A stretch of DNA of 64,000 nt, from positions 169,897 to 233,896 of the forward strand of contig WARW01000022.1 of assembly GCA_013387215.1 (NCBI GenBank), read 5' to 3'. Made by a program: the position numbers and the translations under genes. How positions within the stretch are numbered: the first letter of the stretch is position 1; each line of letters starts with the position of its first letter. Origin of the DNA: Patescibacteria group bacterium. Lineage in GTDB: Bacteria; Patescibacteriota; Microgenomatia; UBA12405. This document shows positions 19,392 through 29,604 of the stretch, piece after piece. The notes below the pieces were generated by a model. That model had not been told where the DNA came from and made no database searches. It saw only the letters and a list, made by a program, of their open reading frames with translations.

Positions 19392-19568
19392 ATGCCAACT
19401 ATTAAATTTTATTCAGTCAAATCAAGAAAGACTGTCGAAGTCGACGTCTCAAAAGTTAAAAAAGTAACTTTAAAGAACGGCCGACCAGCAGCAGAAACCA
19501 TCGATCCAGAAACAGGTACAAAAATGTTCAAAATCCTTTCTGCAGCTGACGCAGCTTTATTGAAATAA
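19392..19568 (+). CDS. Small basic protein (58 aa), unknown function
   Basis: Strong RBS AAGGGGGTGA 6 nt upstream; followed by strong terminator. Confidence 0.5.
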   Translation: MPTIKFYSVKSRKTVEVDVSKVKKVTLKNGRPAAETIDPETGTKMFKILSAADAALLK

Positions 19569-19588
19569 AAAATTTTGATAATAAAAAT

Positions 19589-19615
19589 ACACGGCCTTCG
19601 GGCCGTGTTTTTTTT
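19589..19615 (+). terminator. Intrinsic terminator ACACGGCC-TTCG-GGCCGTGT plus T7
   Basis: 8-bp GC-rich stem, UUCG tetraloop, U-tract. Confidence 0.8.
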
Positions 19616-19633
19616 GGTAAAATACACTATCCT

Positions 19634-19933
19634 AGAGAAGCTGAAGGGTTAACTCCGACGTAAAGCCGGAGAGGAAAGTCTGGACCACAAAAAGCAAGGA
19701 ACTTAAAAATATAGAGCAAGGCGTGAGCTTTGGGCAATGCTACAGAGACGAGTAGTCCCGCAAGGGATGAGATGAAACGAGCATCCTTCCTGTGGAAATC
19801 TCAAGTTGAGACGTTTGTATCTGGCTTCCCGAAGTAAATTCGGGATCAGGTTCGAAAGAATCTGATTTGAGAGTCTCAGGTGGAGAGAATAGATAGATGA
19901 CCCATAAACAGAATCCAGCTTAACAGTTTCTCT
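19634..19933 (+). ncRNA. rnpB: RNase P RNA (bacterial type A)
   Basis: P1 pairing AGAGAAGCUG/CAGUUUCUCU; P4 strands GAGGAAAGUCUGG and ACAGAAUCCAGCUUA match the universally conserved RNase P regions; TAAAAT -10 element 11 nt upstream. Confidence 0.8.
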
Positions 19934-19941
19934 GGGATATT

Positions 19942-20928
19942 TTATTTGATTGGCAGTTCTTTTTTAAAAAGAACTTTTATAATCACTTCAACGGTCATGT
20001 ATATCGGCACTGCTAAGATGGCACCAGGAACTCCTCCAAGTTTGGCACCAGTAAGTAATAACAAAATTGTTATTACTGGATTGATATCACAAGATTCTTT
20101 CATTACTTTGGGTGCAATAAAATTTCCTTCTAATTGTTGAATTAAAATACCAGCACCGAGAGTTAGTAAACCTATGGTTGGTGATACAGTAAAACCAATA
20201 ATTGATGAAAACACCACTGAAATTATAGAACCAATATTGGGTACTATTTCTAAAAGTCCTGTAATTATTGCTAAAGATACAGCATAGTTTAGTCCTAAAA
20301 TTAAATAAACAAAATAAGATAAAATACCCATAACAACCATTAATATTAATTCGGCATTGACCCAATTACCGAGTCTTATTTCAAGGTTATCAATTATTTT
20401 AGTTATAAGACCGCCGTTTTTTTCTCCAAAAAAGTCAATGCTATATTTGGCAAAATGTTTTCTTTCTAAGAGTAAATAAAATGTAATGATAAGAATAATT
20501 ATGGCTGAAAATAAATTTGAAACAAAAGATACTGCGATATTGGCTATTCCACCGGGAACAGGTTCAAGTATTTTGAGCTGAGAAGAAAAATCAGAGGCTT
20601 TTAGCCCGTAGATATTTATGTTTTTAACCAAATCGGGCAGAGTTTTTATTAAGCCGGTAGTTTGATCTACTAAAGGTGGAATTATGCCGGCAAAAGCAAA
20701 AAATAAGACGGATAAACCAAGCAGATAAATAATTAATATAGCCAAGGCCCTTGGTACTTTTAATTTTTGCAACCTATTTATAGTAGGATTTATGGCTTCC
20801 ATGAAAATAAAACAAACGAAAACCAAAATTATTATGCTTCGGATGTTCCACAATAAAGCCAAAGCAAGTAAAAACAAGACAGTAAAAACAATCGTTTTGG
20901 GCGATATTTCAATCCTTTTAGTTCTCAT
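19942..20928 (-). CDS. AI-2E family transporter (PerM/UPF0118)
   Basis: 8 TM architecture; conserved GGVPGAILAVP motif. Confidence 0.8.
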   Translation of the reverse strand: MRTKRIEISPKTIVFTVLFLLALALLWNIRSIIILVFVCFIFMEAINPTINRLQKLKVPRALAILIIYLLGLSVLFFAFAGIIPPLVDQTTGLIKTLPDLVKNINIYGLKASDFSSQLKILEPVPGGIANIAVSFVSNLFSAIIILIITFYLLLERKHFAKYSIDFFGEKNGGLITKIIDNLEIRLGNWVNAELILMVVMGILSYFVYLILGLNYAVSLAIITGLLEIVPNIGSIISVVFSSIIGFTVSPTIGLLTLGAGILIQQLEGNFIAPKVMKESCDINPVITILLLLTGAKLGGVPGAILAVPIYMTVEVIIKVLFKKELPIK

Positions 20929-20965
20929 GATTTATTTTATCATTACCGGCGTGTATTCCACGATC

Positions 20966-21952
20966 TTATTGAATTTTGAGATCTCTTCCGAAAACGATTT
21001 TTATAACTACTTCGATAGTCATATAGACCGGAACGGCTAAAATGGCACCAACTATTCCACCAAGCTGAGCACCTACAACCAAAAGTAAAATTGTGATTAC
21101 TGGACTAATATTGCAAGTCTCTTTCATAATCTTGGGAATAATAAAGTTATTTAAAATCAAGTGAAGTACAGTGCAGCAAGCAATAACTAAAAGTGCAGAG
21201 GTCGGCGAAATCGTGAGACCAATAATGGCGGCAAAGATAACTGCAATAATGGCTCCGATGTTTGGAACTATTTCCAATATTCCGGCAATTATGGCCAAAG
21301 ATACAGCATATTTTAGACCAAGAATTAAATATATTAGATATGAAATAATACCAACAGATATCATGAGAATTAATTGCGAATTAACCCAATTACCTAAGCG
21401 GGCTTCAAGACCATCAATAATTTTTGAAATTTTATTGCCAGCATTGTCTCCAAAATAATTAGTGGCGTATTTATGGAAATGTTTTCTTTCCAAGATTAAA
21501 TAAAAAGTTATCATCATGACGATGATGGTATAAAAGATATTAGAAACAATTGAAACTGCAATATTAGCAATATCCCCAGGAAGCGGTTCAAGTATTTTAA
21601 ATTGTGATGATAAATCAATGGCCGACTTTCCAAAGAAATTAGTGTTTTGGATAATATCGGGAAGGGTTTTAACAAGTCCTGTTGTTTGTTCTACTAAAAC
21701 TGGAACAATTCCGGCAAAAGCAAAAAATAAAATTGCCAGAATAACTAAATAAATTATTGAGACAGATAAGAGCCTTGGGATTTTAATTTTTTCAAGACTA
21801 GTAACAGTAGGATTTATGGCTTCCATTAAAACGAAACAAACAAAAATTAAGACGATTATTCCACGAATACTCCATAATAAAGCTAAGGCTAAAAGAAATA
21901 GAACGGTAAAAACAATAGTTTTGGGCGATATTTCAATCTTTCTGGTTCTCAT
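20966..21952 (-). CDS. AI-2E family transporter (tandem paralog)
   Basis: Roughly 60 percent identical to the 19942 gene; same length (328 aa). Confidence 0.8.
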   Translation of the reverse strand: MRTRKIEISPKTIVFTVLFLLALALLWSIRGIIVLIFVCFVLMEAINPTVTSLEKIKIPRLLSVSIIYLVILAILFFAFAGIVPVLVEQTTGLVKTLPDIIQNTNFFGKSAIDLSSQFKILEPLPGDIANIAVSIVSNIFYTIIVMMITFYLILERKHFHKYATNYFGDNAGNKISKIIDGLEARLGNWVNSQLILMISVGIISYLIYLILGLKYAVSLAIIAGILEIVPNIGAIIAVIFAAIIGLTISPTSALLVIACCTVLHLILNNFIIPKIMKETCNISPVITILLLVVGAQLGGIVGAILAVPVYMTIEVVIKIVFGRDLKIQ

Positions 21953-22881
21953 GGTTTATTGTACCATTCGCTTGCTGTTTCGAAGACATTTTGTTCCCAT
22001 AAGTTTTGAGTAATATCGAAGGAGTTGATGTTGGTCTTGTTTTTAAACCAGGTTTTTTGGCGACGGGCGTATGCATGTTCATCAAATTTCCATTGCTGAA
22101 TACAATCTTTGAGGGTCGCATCATAAGGTTCTTTTACGGATTTAACATTAAAGCTTTTTGCAAAATATTTTTTGAATTCTTTGTAGGCCAAAGTATTTAA
22201 TCCAATATCCGACCATGTGTATTTTTTTAATAATTTATTAATCTCTTCCAATAATCCTAACTTCAATCTAGACTCAACCCGCTTATCTATTTTTTGATAA
22301 AGATGATCATTGGGAGCAGTTAATGAAATATGAAGGTAATCAAATTTATTATTAGGAACTACAGATAATATTTTTTTTGGTGAAAGAGTAATTTCAATTT
22401 TTCTGATTAAGCGATGAGGATTGTGAACTTCAGAATTATTTAATTTTATATATTCAGATTTATTTAAAAATTTATATATTTTTTGTAAATTCGGAACAGA
22501 AAAATGTTTTAAAACAGTTCTTAAAATATGGTTTGGTTTGATTGAATATGTTTCACAATTGGAATTAATTATAGAATCTATATATAGGCCAGTACCGCCA
22601 ACTATTATAGGTAATTTACCTTTATTCTGAATTTCTTCGATTTTTTCTATAGCTAATTTTCGGTATTGAGCGACTGAAAAAGATTGGTCAGGATTAATTA
22701 GATCAATCAAATTAATATGGATATTTTTTGAATGATCTTTGCCAGTGCCAATATCCATTCCTTTATATATTTGACGCGAATCAGCAGAAATCAATTCACC
22801 ATTAAATTGTTTTGCCAATTTTATGGCTAAATCCGTTTTGCCAGTAGCTGTTGGCCCAGAAATGATCAAAACTTTATTCAT
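21949..22881 (-). CDS. miaA: tRNA dimethylallyltransferase
   Basis: P-loop GPTATGKT, SADSRQIYKGMDIGTGK. Confidence 0.85.
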   Translation of the reverse strand: MNKVLIISGPTATGKTDLAIKLAKQFNGELISADSRQIYKGMDIGTGKDHSKNIHINLIDLINPDQSFSVAQYRKLAIEKIEEIQNKGKLPIIVGGTGLYIDSIINSNCETYSIKPNHILRTVLKHFSVPNLQKIYKFLNKSEYIKLNNSEVHNPHRLIRKIEITLSPKKILSVVPNNKFDYLHISLTAPNDHLYQKIDKRVESRLKLGLLEEINKLLKKYTWSDIGLNTLAYKEFKKYFAKSFNVKSVKEPYDATLKDCIQQWKFDEHAYARRQKTWFKNKTNINSFDITQNLWEQNVFETASEWYNKP

Positions 22882-22922
22882 GGTGATATTTTACCCTATT
22901 TATTTGATACAATCGCAAGCAT

Positions 22923-23573
22923 ATGAACGGAAAAGAATGCGGTTTTTGTAAAAACTCGACAGGCAAGAACCCAACAAGAGTGACAATTGGCAAGCTTCGC
23001 TGTATGAATACGACCAACATGGAATCTGTAATAAAAGAATCAAGCATTAGTATTAGATTTGGAGATAAAAATAGAAATTACAAAAATATGATTTTAAAAA
23101 TTCCCCACTACTTTGAAGGCGAAGAAAAAGAATTTCCAGAAGCAATACCCGAAAATGTTTTAAAGAAATATAAAAAATTAAAAGAAAATGGGTTTCCGGT
23201 GGTGCCAACTTTTAGATATGATCCAGAGAATAAATATTTTTTAATGACTGATTTAACTGAAAATGGCAAAAATATTATTATTGATAAACATGAACCTTTA
23301 AAAAATACTAATATAAATATCGAGAATATCGACCAAATCAAAAAAGAAATACTCCAAACGGCAGAAAAAGCTTGGAATAACGAAATATTTTTAAGTTATG
23401 ATGCTTATGCGGTGGTAGTTAACAAAGAAACAAGAATTGGTAAACTCTATATTCTTGACATTGGACAAATGTCCTATGAAATAGACCATAGATATTGTTT
23501 AATTTACGACACTAAAGATGATGCTATAGATAAAGCTGAACTTTTTTTAAAACATTCCTTTTCTAAAGACTAA
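22923..23573 (+). CDS. Hypothetical protein
   Basis: ORF; true start possibly an internal Met; N-terminal CxxC; no confident family. Confidence 0.35.
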   Translation: MNGKECGFCKNSTGKNPTRVTIGKLRCMNTTNMESVIKESSISIRFGDKNRNYKNMILKIPHYFEGEEKEFPEAIPENVLKKYKKLKENGFPVVPTFRYDPENKYFLMTDLTENGKNIIIDKHEPLKNTNINIENIDQIKKEILQTAEKAWNNEIFLSYDAYAVVVNKETRIGKLYILDIGQMSYEIDHRYCLIYDTKDDAIDKAELFLKHSFSKD

Positions 23574-24658
23574 GCATTGATTCTGAACTCTACAACATCG
23601 TCTGGCTGCATGATATAGTCTCTGCCTTCGTGTCGAAGTCGGCCTGCTTCCTTGGCTCCTGTGAGCCCTTTAAATTGAACGAAGTCGTCATAGGAAACAA
23701 CTTCAGCCATGATAAATCCTTTTTCAAAATCGGTGTGGATTGCGGCTGCAGCTTTGGGAGCCGTGTCGCCTTTATAAATAGTCCAGGCACGAGCCTCTTT
23801 GACTCCTGCGGTGTAGTAGGATTGTAAGCCTAAAGTGTCGTAAGCCTTTTGAATGACGCGTTCTAGGCCTGATTTTTCCATTCCTAATTCTTTGAGATAA
23901 TCTGTTTTTTCTTCGGGAGATAGTTCAGATAAATCATATTCAATTTTGGCGCAAACAGGAATTACAGAATTATAATTTTCGATATTAATTTTCCAATTAT
24001 TAATATTTTTGTAGGTCCCCTCATCAACATTTGCAACTATAAAATATGGCTTGGCCGTCAATAAAAAGAATTCTTTAAGCAATTCTTTTTCTTCATCATT
24101 TAAAGGCATATTGATAGCTAAATGACCTTGATCGAATTCTGATTTTAGTTTTTGGGCAAGAATAAACTTTTTAGATTTGCTTTCTTTGGGGTTATTTTTA
24201 TTGGTACTAATATATTTTTCAACACTATCCAAATCTTTAATTATCAACTCAGCACAAATAACTTCAAAATCGCCCTGAGGATCAACTGAACCTTCTTTAA
24301 TAATATTGTCGTCGGTAAAAGATCTGACTACATGACAAATAGCATCACAATCACGAATGTTGGTTAAAAATTTATTACCTAAACCTTCACCCTGAGAAGC
24401 ACCTTTAACAAGCCCTGCAATATCAACAAATTCGACAATAGCAGGAACAACTTTATCGGTTTTAACAATTTCTGCCAATACTGGCAATTTGTCGTCTGGA
24501 ACTTCGACGACACCAACATTTGGATCGATGGTACAAAAAGGATAATTACTAGCATCCGCTACTTGCTTGCCAAGTAGAGCGTTGAAGAGAGTTGATTTGC
24601 CGACATTAGGAAGACCGACAATTCCAATACTTAATTTAGACATGAGGTATTTTATCAA
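23570..24658 (-). CDS. ychF: Ribosome-binding ATPase YchF
   Basis: G1 GLPNVGKST, Obg-like G domain, C-terminal TGS domain. Confidence 0.9.
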   Translation of the reverse strand: MIKYLMSKLSIGIVGLPNVGKSTLFNALLGKQVADASNYPFCTIDPNVGVVEVPDDKLPVLAEIVKTDKVVPAIVEFVDIAGLVKGASQGEGLGNKFLTNIRDCDAICHVVRSFTDDNIIKEGSVDPQGDFEVICAELIIKDLDSVEKYISTNKNNPKESKSKKFILAQKLKSEFDQGHLAINMPLNDEEKELLKEFFLLTAKPYFIVANVDEGTYKNINNWKINIENYNSVIPVCAKIEYDLSELSPEEKTDYLKELGMEKSGLERVIQKAYDTLGLQSYYTAGVKEARAWTIYKGDTAPKAAAAIHTDFEKGFIMAEVVSYDDFVQFKGLTGAKEAGRLRHEGRDYIMQPDDVVEFRINA

Positions 24659-24706
24659 TAATTATCTAGAATGTCGTCTAAATGAAGCTAAAATGTTTTA
24701 ATATAT

Positions 24707-25348
24707 TTAGATTTTTGATTTTGTCCGACGATTATACGCATGATGATATGGGAACTCTTCAGTGGTTAAATCTTCTGGAGAAAAAACTTTTTGTTTTAAT
24801 TTTAAAGTCCACTTGTATAGCGCATCCAATAGTTCTTTAATTTTTTCTTTAGTATGTTCGTCGGTTAAATTTTCATTTGAGTCTATTTTTTTTGAAATTT
24901 CCGGAACGATTACTTCTGGACGATTAAGCGGAAACATATTTAAGAAAATAAATATTTGTCTTAAATTAAGCTGAGCCCGAACGCCACCCATCATGCCGCT
25001 TGATGCAGACATAATGGCGGCCGGTTTTCCTTCCCAAGCGCTATCACCATATGGACGGGATGCCCAGTCGATAGCATTTTTTAAAACTCCTGGAATTGAA
25101 TAATTATATTCCGGAGTTGAAATTAAAATGGCATCGGCTGATTTTATTTGATTTTTAAAATCAACCACAACTTCCGGCGGATTATTTTCATAATCCTGAT
25201 TAAAAATGGGAATTTCTCCAAGTCTTCCAAAGACCATCACTTCCATATTTTCGGGACTTAATTTTTGGGCAGTATTTAGGACTAAAGTGTTATAAGAGTT
25301 TTTTCTTATGCTTCCAGAAATACCTAAAACAGTAATTATATTTTTCAT
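24707..25348 (-). CDS. NADPH-dependent FMN reductase family flavoprotein
   Basis: ITVLGISGSIRKNSYN flavodoxin-like N-terminus. Confidence 0.7.
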   Translation of the reverse strand: MKNIITVLGISGSIRKNSYNTLVLNTAQKLSPENMEVMVFGRLGEIPIFNQDYENNPPEVVVDFKNQIKSADAILISTPEYNYSIPGVLKNAIDWASRPYGDSAWEGKPAAIMSASSGMMGGVRAQLNLRQIFIFLNMFPLNRPEVIVPEISKKIDSNENLTDEHTKEKIKELLDALYKWTLKLKQKVFSPEDLTTEEFPYHHAYNRRTKSKI

Positions 25349-25785
25349 TATTTTTCTTGATTAACCCGTTTTCGGATACTAATTTTTTTAGGAGCTTGTT
25401 TTTCAATTTTAGGAAAAGTCATCTTTAAAACTCCATTATCAAATTCACAGATCGGTTCCTGATTAGACGCTGCGTTTTTAGGTAATCTAAAAGTGTAATT
25501 GTATGTTTGAAGCATGGAAGACATAAAATATTTTCGCTTATTTTTATCTTCCTCTTGAGTTTCATTGGACCCAGTGACTCTCACAACATTATCATCATCA
25601 ACTGTTATATCTATTTTATCCTCAGGAATACCAGGTAAAGCAGCTTCGGCTATTATTTCAGAATCCGTTTCATAAATATTCAAACCTTGTCCAACCAATC
25701 TTGATAAACCTGGAAAGGTAGGCATGTCTAATTCATCATCAAAAAACCTGTCAATATTCCAGGGATTCCATCTAATTATTGCCAT
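25348..25785 (-). CDS. Hsp20/alpha-crystallin small heat-shock protein
   Basis: Start moved to the internal ATG preceded by AAGGAGGTGA; alpha-crystallin domain; C-terminal I-x-I (KISIRKR). Confidence 0.8.
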   Translation of the reverse strand: MAIIRWNPWNIDRFFDDELDMPTFPGLSRLVGQGLNIYETDSEIIAEAALPGIPEDKIDITVDDDNVVRVTGSNETQEEDKNKRKYFMSSMLQTYNYTFRLPKNAASNQEPICEFDNGVLKMTFPKIEKQAPKKISIRKRVNQEK

Positions 25786-25901
25786 ATTAATCACCTCCTT
25801 TTCATTAATTAATATATAAAAGTTAATTAAGATTTTTTTAAAAAAAGAAAACGAGATCAGTAAGAAGCGGATAATCAATTAGTTTCTAGAATTATTACAA
25901 A

Positions 25902-26516
25902 ATGTACAAATATTTTGTGGTATTATTTCTGTTTGAAACTCGTAAAAATTTTGTAAGAATGATTAAAAACTGTTACCAATTGAAACGGTACAAGATAAGC
26001 ATTAAACAAAACAAAAAGTCTTCCCAAATTAAAATGGAAATGCCGTTGTGTTGCCTGAGCACGGAACATTTGCCATTTACCAAGACTATTTTGAATATTC
26101 TTTTGCCTCATATTTTCAGAGGCAAGTGTTTCAACGATGGTGAACTGCCATTTCGAATCGAAGTTGAAAATACAGAGACAGGCCATCTTTTTGAACATAT
26201 TCTTTTGGAATACCTTTGTGACTACAAAATTAAACTTGGTGCAAAAACAGTAACTTTTTGCGGCGAAACCCAATGGAATTGGAAAAAAGAAAAGCGGGGT
26301 ATTTTTAATATTACCGTCAACACTTGTGATGAGGACGTTGATATTTTTTACCCCGCTTTAGAAAAGTCGATCGAGCTTTTTGACTTTATTCTTGAAAATG
26401 GTCAGCGCAACTTTACTAATAATACTTTTAACAATTGGTATTATCTGCTGGCTGTTGATTTCTTAGCTGCACCTCGTCTTGATCTTTGTCCGCCTTTCTT
26501 TCCGATACGGCTGTAG
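25902..26516 (+). CDS. Hypothetical protein (boundaries uncertain)
   Basis: ORF only; 3' end overlaps the convergent KGG gene; start may be the internal Met (MEMPL). Confidence 0.3.
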   Translation: MYKYFVVLFLFETRKNFVRMIKNCYQLKRYKISIKQNKKSSQIKMEMPLCCLSTEHLPFTKTILNILLPHIFRGKCFNDGELPFRIEVENTETGHLFEHILLEYLCDYKIKLGAKTVTFCGETQWNWKKEKRGIFNITVNTCDEDVDIFYPALEKSIELFDFILENGQRNFTNNTFNNWYYLLAVDFLAAPRLDLCPPFFPIRL

Positions 26517-26614
26517 AAGTCAGAACCGTGGGATTTTTTTGTTGCTTCCCCACCCTTTCGTCCTGCTTCCTGAACAGTCATGGAACCTTTGCGGCGATTT
26601 GATGTGTTTGCCAT
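26441..26614 (-). CDS. KGG-repeat general stress protein (57 aa)
   Basis: Not in ORF track; RBS GGAGGAAAAG; MANTSNRRKGSMTVQEAGRKGGEATKKSHG...GKKGGQRS with repeated KGG motifs. Confidence 0.6.
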   Translation of the reverse strand: MANTSNRRKGSMTVQEAGRKGGEATKKSHGSDFYSRIGKKGGQRSRRGAAKKSTASR

Positions 26615-26726
26615 TTAACTTTTCCTCCATAAATATTTAACATTTAACATCGTTGTTAAATGGTATTCTATTGCGATTGTTTAAAATCCAAACGAAAATG
26701 AGGTAAGAGGAAAGTAAGAGTTTGCT

Positions 26727-27425
26727 TTATCCGTGAGGGTAGAGATTAATAGCTATATTTTTTACTTGAACAAGGGTTTCTTCTTCACCCGAACAAACAA
26801 CCGATGGCAAAGTTATTGGATGAATGTTTTTGGCCACAAAATCTTTTAAAAAATCAACACAAGTTTGATGTTCAATTGGCAAGCATCTGGATTGTAAATC
26901 TTCAACTGTATCGAAAGGAAAAATATCAACTCTATTTGTTTTTAAAACTTGACCTTCATCAAAATTTAAAGCAACCTTTTGGACAATAACATTAGTCCAA
27001 TAATCTCTTTTAGTTAAACGACGAAATAATAAAGTGGCAGCGTGCACCCGGCGACCATACATTCCTTTTCCCCCAAAGTCAGGTACAATCCCTGGGTGCT
27101 GATTAAATATGGAATTTTTATATTGATTAATTACAATTGGCGGAGTTAATGGCAACCAACCGTTTTGCGAGACAACTGTAACATTTCTTATTTTCAATTC
27201 GTTAATTAAAGTAGCGGCAAAATTTTCCTTGTCTTTTGGGTCTACAGTTATGACATCTTTTTGAGGAATACCAAGATCAAGTGCTTTTCTGATACCGCCT
27301 GCATCTGGATTGCTAGAAATTACACAGGCAATATCCAAATCAAGTTCTTTTGATTGGACTGATTTAATAATTTGCTGCATAGTAGAACCACCACCAGAAA
27401 TTAGAATTGCCAATCGCTCTTTCAT
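26727..27425 (-). CDS. purN: Phosphoribosylglycinamide formyltransferase
   Basis: ILISGGGS N-terminus, formyl transferase fold, conserved HPG/D region. Confidence 0.8.
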   Translation of the reverse strand: MKERLAILISGGGSTMQQIIKSVQSKELDLDIACVISSNPDAGGIRKALDLGIPQKDVITVDPKDKENFAATLINELKIRNVTVVSQNGWLPLTPPIVINQYKNSIFNQHPGIVPDFGGKGMYGRRVHAATLLFRRLTKRDYWTNVIVQKVALNFDEGQVLKTNRVDIFPFDTVEDLQSRCLPIEHQTCVDFLKDFVAKNIHPITLPSVVCSGEEETLVQVKNIAINLYPHG

Positions 27426-27494
27426 AAATGCAGTCTAGCATAACCAAAAAACTCCCCCAATATCTTGGAGGAGTTTGAAAAAGTAATTTAAAAA

Positions 27495-27767
27495 TTACTT
27501 GACCATTTTTTTGATTTTGGTACCTGGAATGTAGCGAGGCATTCTTCGAGCGATAATCTTTTTAGCTTCTTTGGAGCCAATAGCTTTAATGGTTTTAGCT
27601 TTGAACATTTTGGTTTTGAAAGTTCCAAAACCTGAAAGTTTAACAACTTCACCACTTGAAAGAGCTTTCATAATTTCATTTAAGAAAGTTTCGACAGCTT
27701 GTTTAGCAGCTTTTTTACTGAGCTTAGCTTTTTGAGATACAAGTTCGATGAGATCTTTTTTGGTCAT
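27495..27767 (-). CDS. hup: DNA-binding protein HU
   Basis: 90 aa; GFGTF arm motif; MTKKDLIELVS N-terminus. Confidence 0.85.
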   Translation of the reverse strand: MTKKDLIELVSQKAKLSKKAAKQAVETFLNEIMKALSSGEVVKLSGFGTFKTKMFKAKTIKAIGSKEAKKIIARRMPRYIPGTKIKKMVK

Positions 27768-27833
27768 TATTTTTTATTATTTAATTAGTAATTAAGATAA
27801 TTTTATCGGAATATCGGCAAAATGCAAGTGTTC

Positions 27834-29450
27834 TTAATCATTTTTTACCGCATTTTTGTTGATTTTACTACCGACAATGACACTGCTGGTGCGAACTTCG
27901 CGGATAACAGTGACTTTTATCTGACCTGCCCACTTAGCTTCTTCTTCCAAATGTTCGGCAATATTTTGACTTAATACTTCCGCTTCAGTATCAGAAACTA
28001 TTGATGGTTCAACAATAACAACAACTTCTCTTCCGGCTTGATAAGCAGCGACACTTAGTACACCTGGAAAGTTTTTAGCAACTTCTTCAATGTTCTTCAT
28101 TCGCTTCAAATATTCTTCATGAACTTCATATCTAGCACCAGGACGAGCTCCAGAAGCTGCGTCACCAATATAAACGATAATTGATTCAATAGAAGAGAAT
28201 TCTTTATCCTCATGGTGTTCAGAGACACAATTTATGACGGCTTCGGAAATCTTGAATTTTCGTAAAAGATCAACACCGAGATCGATGTGGGTTCCTTCCT
28301 GGTCGGTAACCACTTTTCCGATATCATGCAATAAAGCGCCTTGTCGGACAATGTTGACATCTGCTTTTAGCTCATATGCAATAGCGGTAGCAATTTTGGT
28401 TGCCTCAATGGTGTGTTTAGCAAGGTTTTGACCATAAGAATATCGGTATTTATATTTTCCAATTTCTTTCATCAAATCGATTGGAAGATTGAAAACGCCG
28501 ACTTCTTGGCAAATTCTTTTACCTTCATTAGTCAAGATTTTATCCATTTCAGTTTTAGTTTGAGCAACAAGCTGTTCAATTTTAAGAGGCTGAATTCGGC
28601 CATCTTTAATTAATTTTTCAAGAGAGATGCGGGCAATTTCACGACGAGTAGAATCGAAAGAAGAAATTCTGATGTCATTGGTTTCATCAAGTTCCAACTC
28701 TACACCAGTAGCTTTTTCAAAAGCTCGAATATTTCGTCCTTCACGACCAATAATCTTACCTTTAATCTTTTCGTCTGGCAAAGAAATTGTGGAGACAGTA
28801 TATTCAGCGACATAGTCAGTTACACCATGTCGAATACAATCAACAATTATTTCTTTGGCTAAATCGTCTTCTTTGCTTTTAATTTCTTCATTAGCTTCTT
28901 CGATCTTTTTAGCAATCCAACTGGTCATTTTCTTTTCAGTGCTACTGATGATTAATTTTTTTGCTTTTTCAACGTCGAGTCCAGAAATATTTTCTAGTTT
29001 TTCAAGTTGTTTTTTATAAAGATCATCAACACTAGCTAATTTAGTTCTGATTTCAGCAGCTTGGCTGTCAAGTGTTCTTTCTTTTTGGATCATGTAACGC
29101 TCTTTCTCATCAAGAGAAGCGAGTCGCTGGAAAATTTCGGCTTCTTTAGCTTTGGCTTCACTTTCAATCTTTTTAGCATTTTGCAAAGCAAGTTGAATGG
29201 AAGCTTCGACTTGAGCGGTATTAACAGCTGGAGCAACAGCAGTGACTACAGGAGCTGCAGGTTCTGAAGCTTGTGATTTTTTAGGCGCAAATACCACTCT
29301 ATTTTTATTGGTATCTTTGGAATCCTTTGCATCCTTACTGTCGACACTGACTTTTGTAATAACTGGGGTTTCGGTTTTTTTAGCTGTATTACCAGCAGTT
29401 TCAGGCACCGAAAATAAACCTTTAACCTTCGATAAAAAATAATCTAACAT
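27834..29450 (-). CDS. rny: Ribonuclease Y
   Basis: KH domain GREGRNIRAFEKATGV; HD domain LLHDIGK; coiled-coil N-terminus. Confidence 0.85.
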   Translation of the reverse strand: MLDYFLSKVKGLFSVPETAGNTAKKTETPVITKVSVDSKDAKDSKDTNKNRVVFAPKKSQASEPAAPVVTAVAPAVNTAQVEASIQLALQNAKKIESEAKAKEAEIFQRLASLDEKERYMIQKERTLDSQAAEIRTKLASVDDLYKKQLEKLENISGLDVEKAKKLIISSTEKKMTSWIAKKIEEANEEIKSKEDDLAKEIIVDCIRHGVTDYVAEYTVSTISLPDEKIKGKIIGREGRNIRAFEKATGVELELDETNDIRISSFDSTRREIARISLEKLIKDGRIQPLKIEQLVAQTKTEMDKILTNEGKRICQEVGVFNLPIDLMKEIGKYKYRYSYGQNLAKHTIEATKIATAIAYELKADVNIVRQGALLHDIGKVVTDQEGTHIDLGVDLLRKFKISEAVINCVSEHHEDKEFSSIESIIVYIGDAASGARPGARYEVHEEYLKRMKNIEEVAKNFPGVLSVAAYQAGREVVVIVEPSIVSDTEAEVLSQNIAEHLEEEAKWAGQIKVTVIREVRTSSVIVGSKINKNAVKND

Positions 29451-29604
29451 AATAACCTCCGTTACTTTTTACAACACGACACCCCCGAATTAGGATATAA
29501 GATTGGGCAAAATTAGAAAACCAAATAATCTAAATGACATGTAGGTGCGTAAATAAAAAGTTGTGTAATTAATAATTAAAATATAAAGTTGAGTTATAGG
29601 TATT

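Noticed and set aside
25923-26273. Minus-strand 116-aa ORF mirror-imaging the plus ORF 25902-26516
   Set aside because: It is fully antisense to a longer ORF and has no RBS; at most one of the pair is real.
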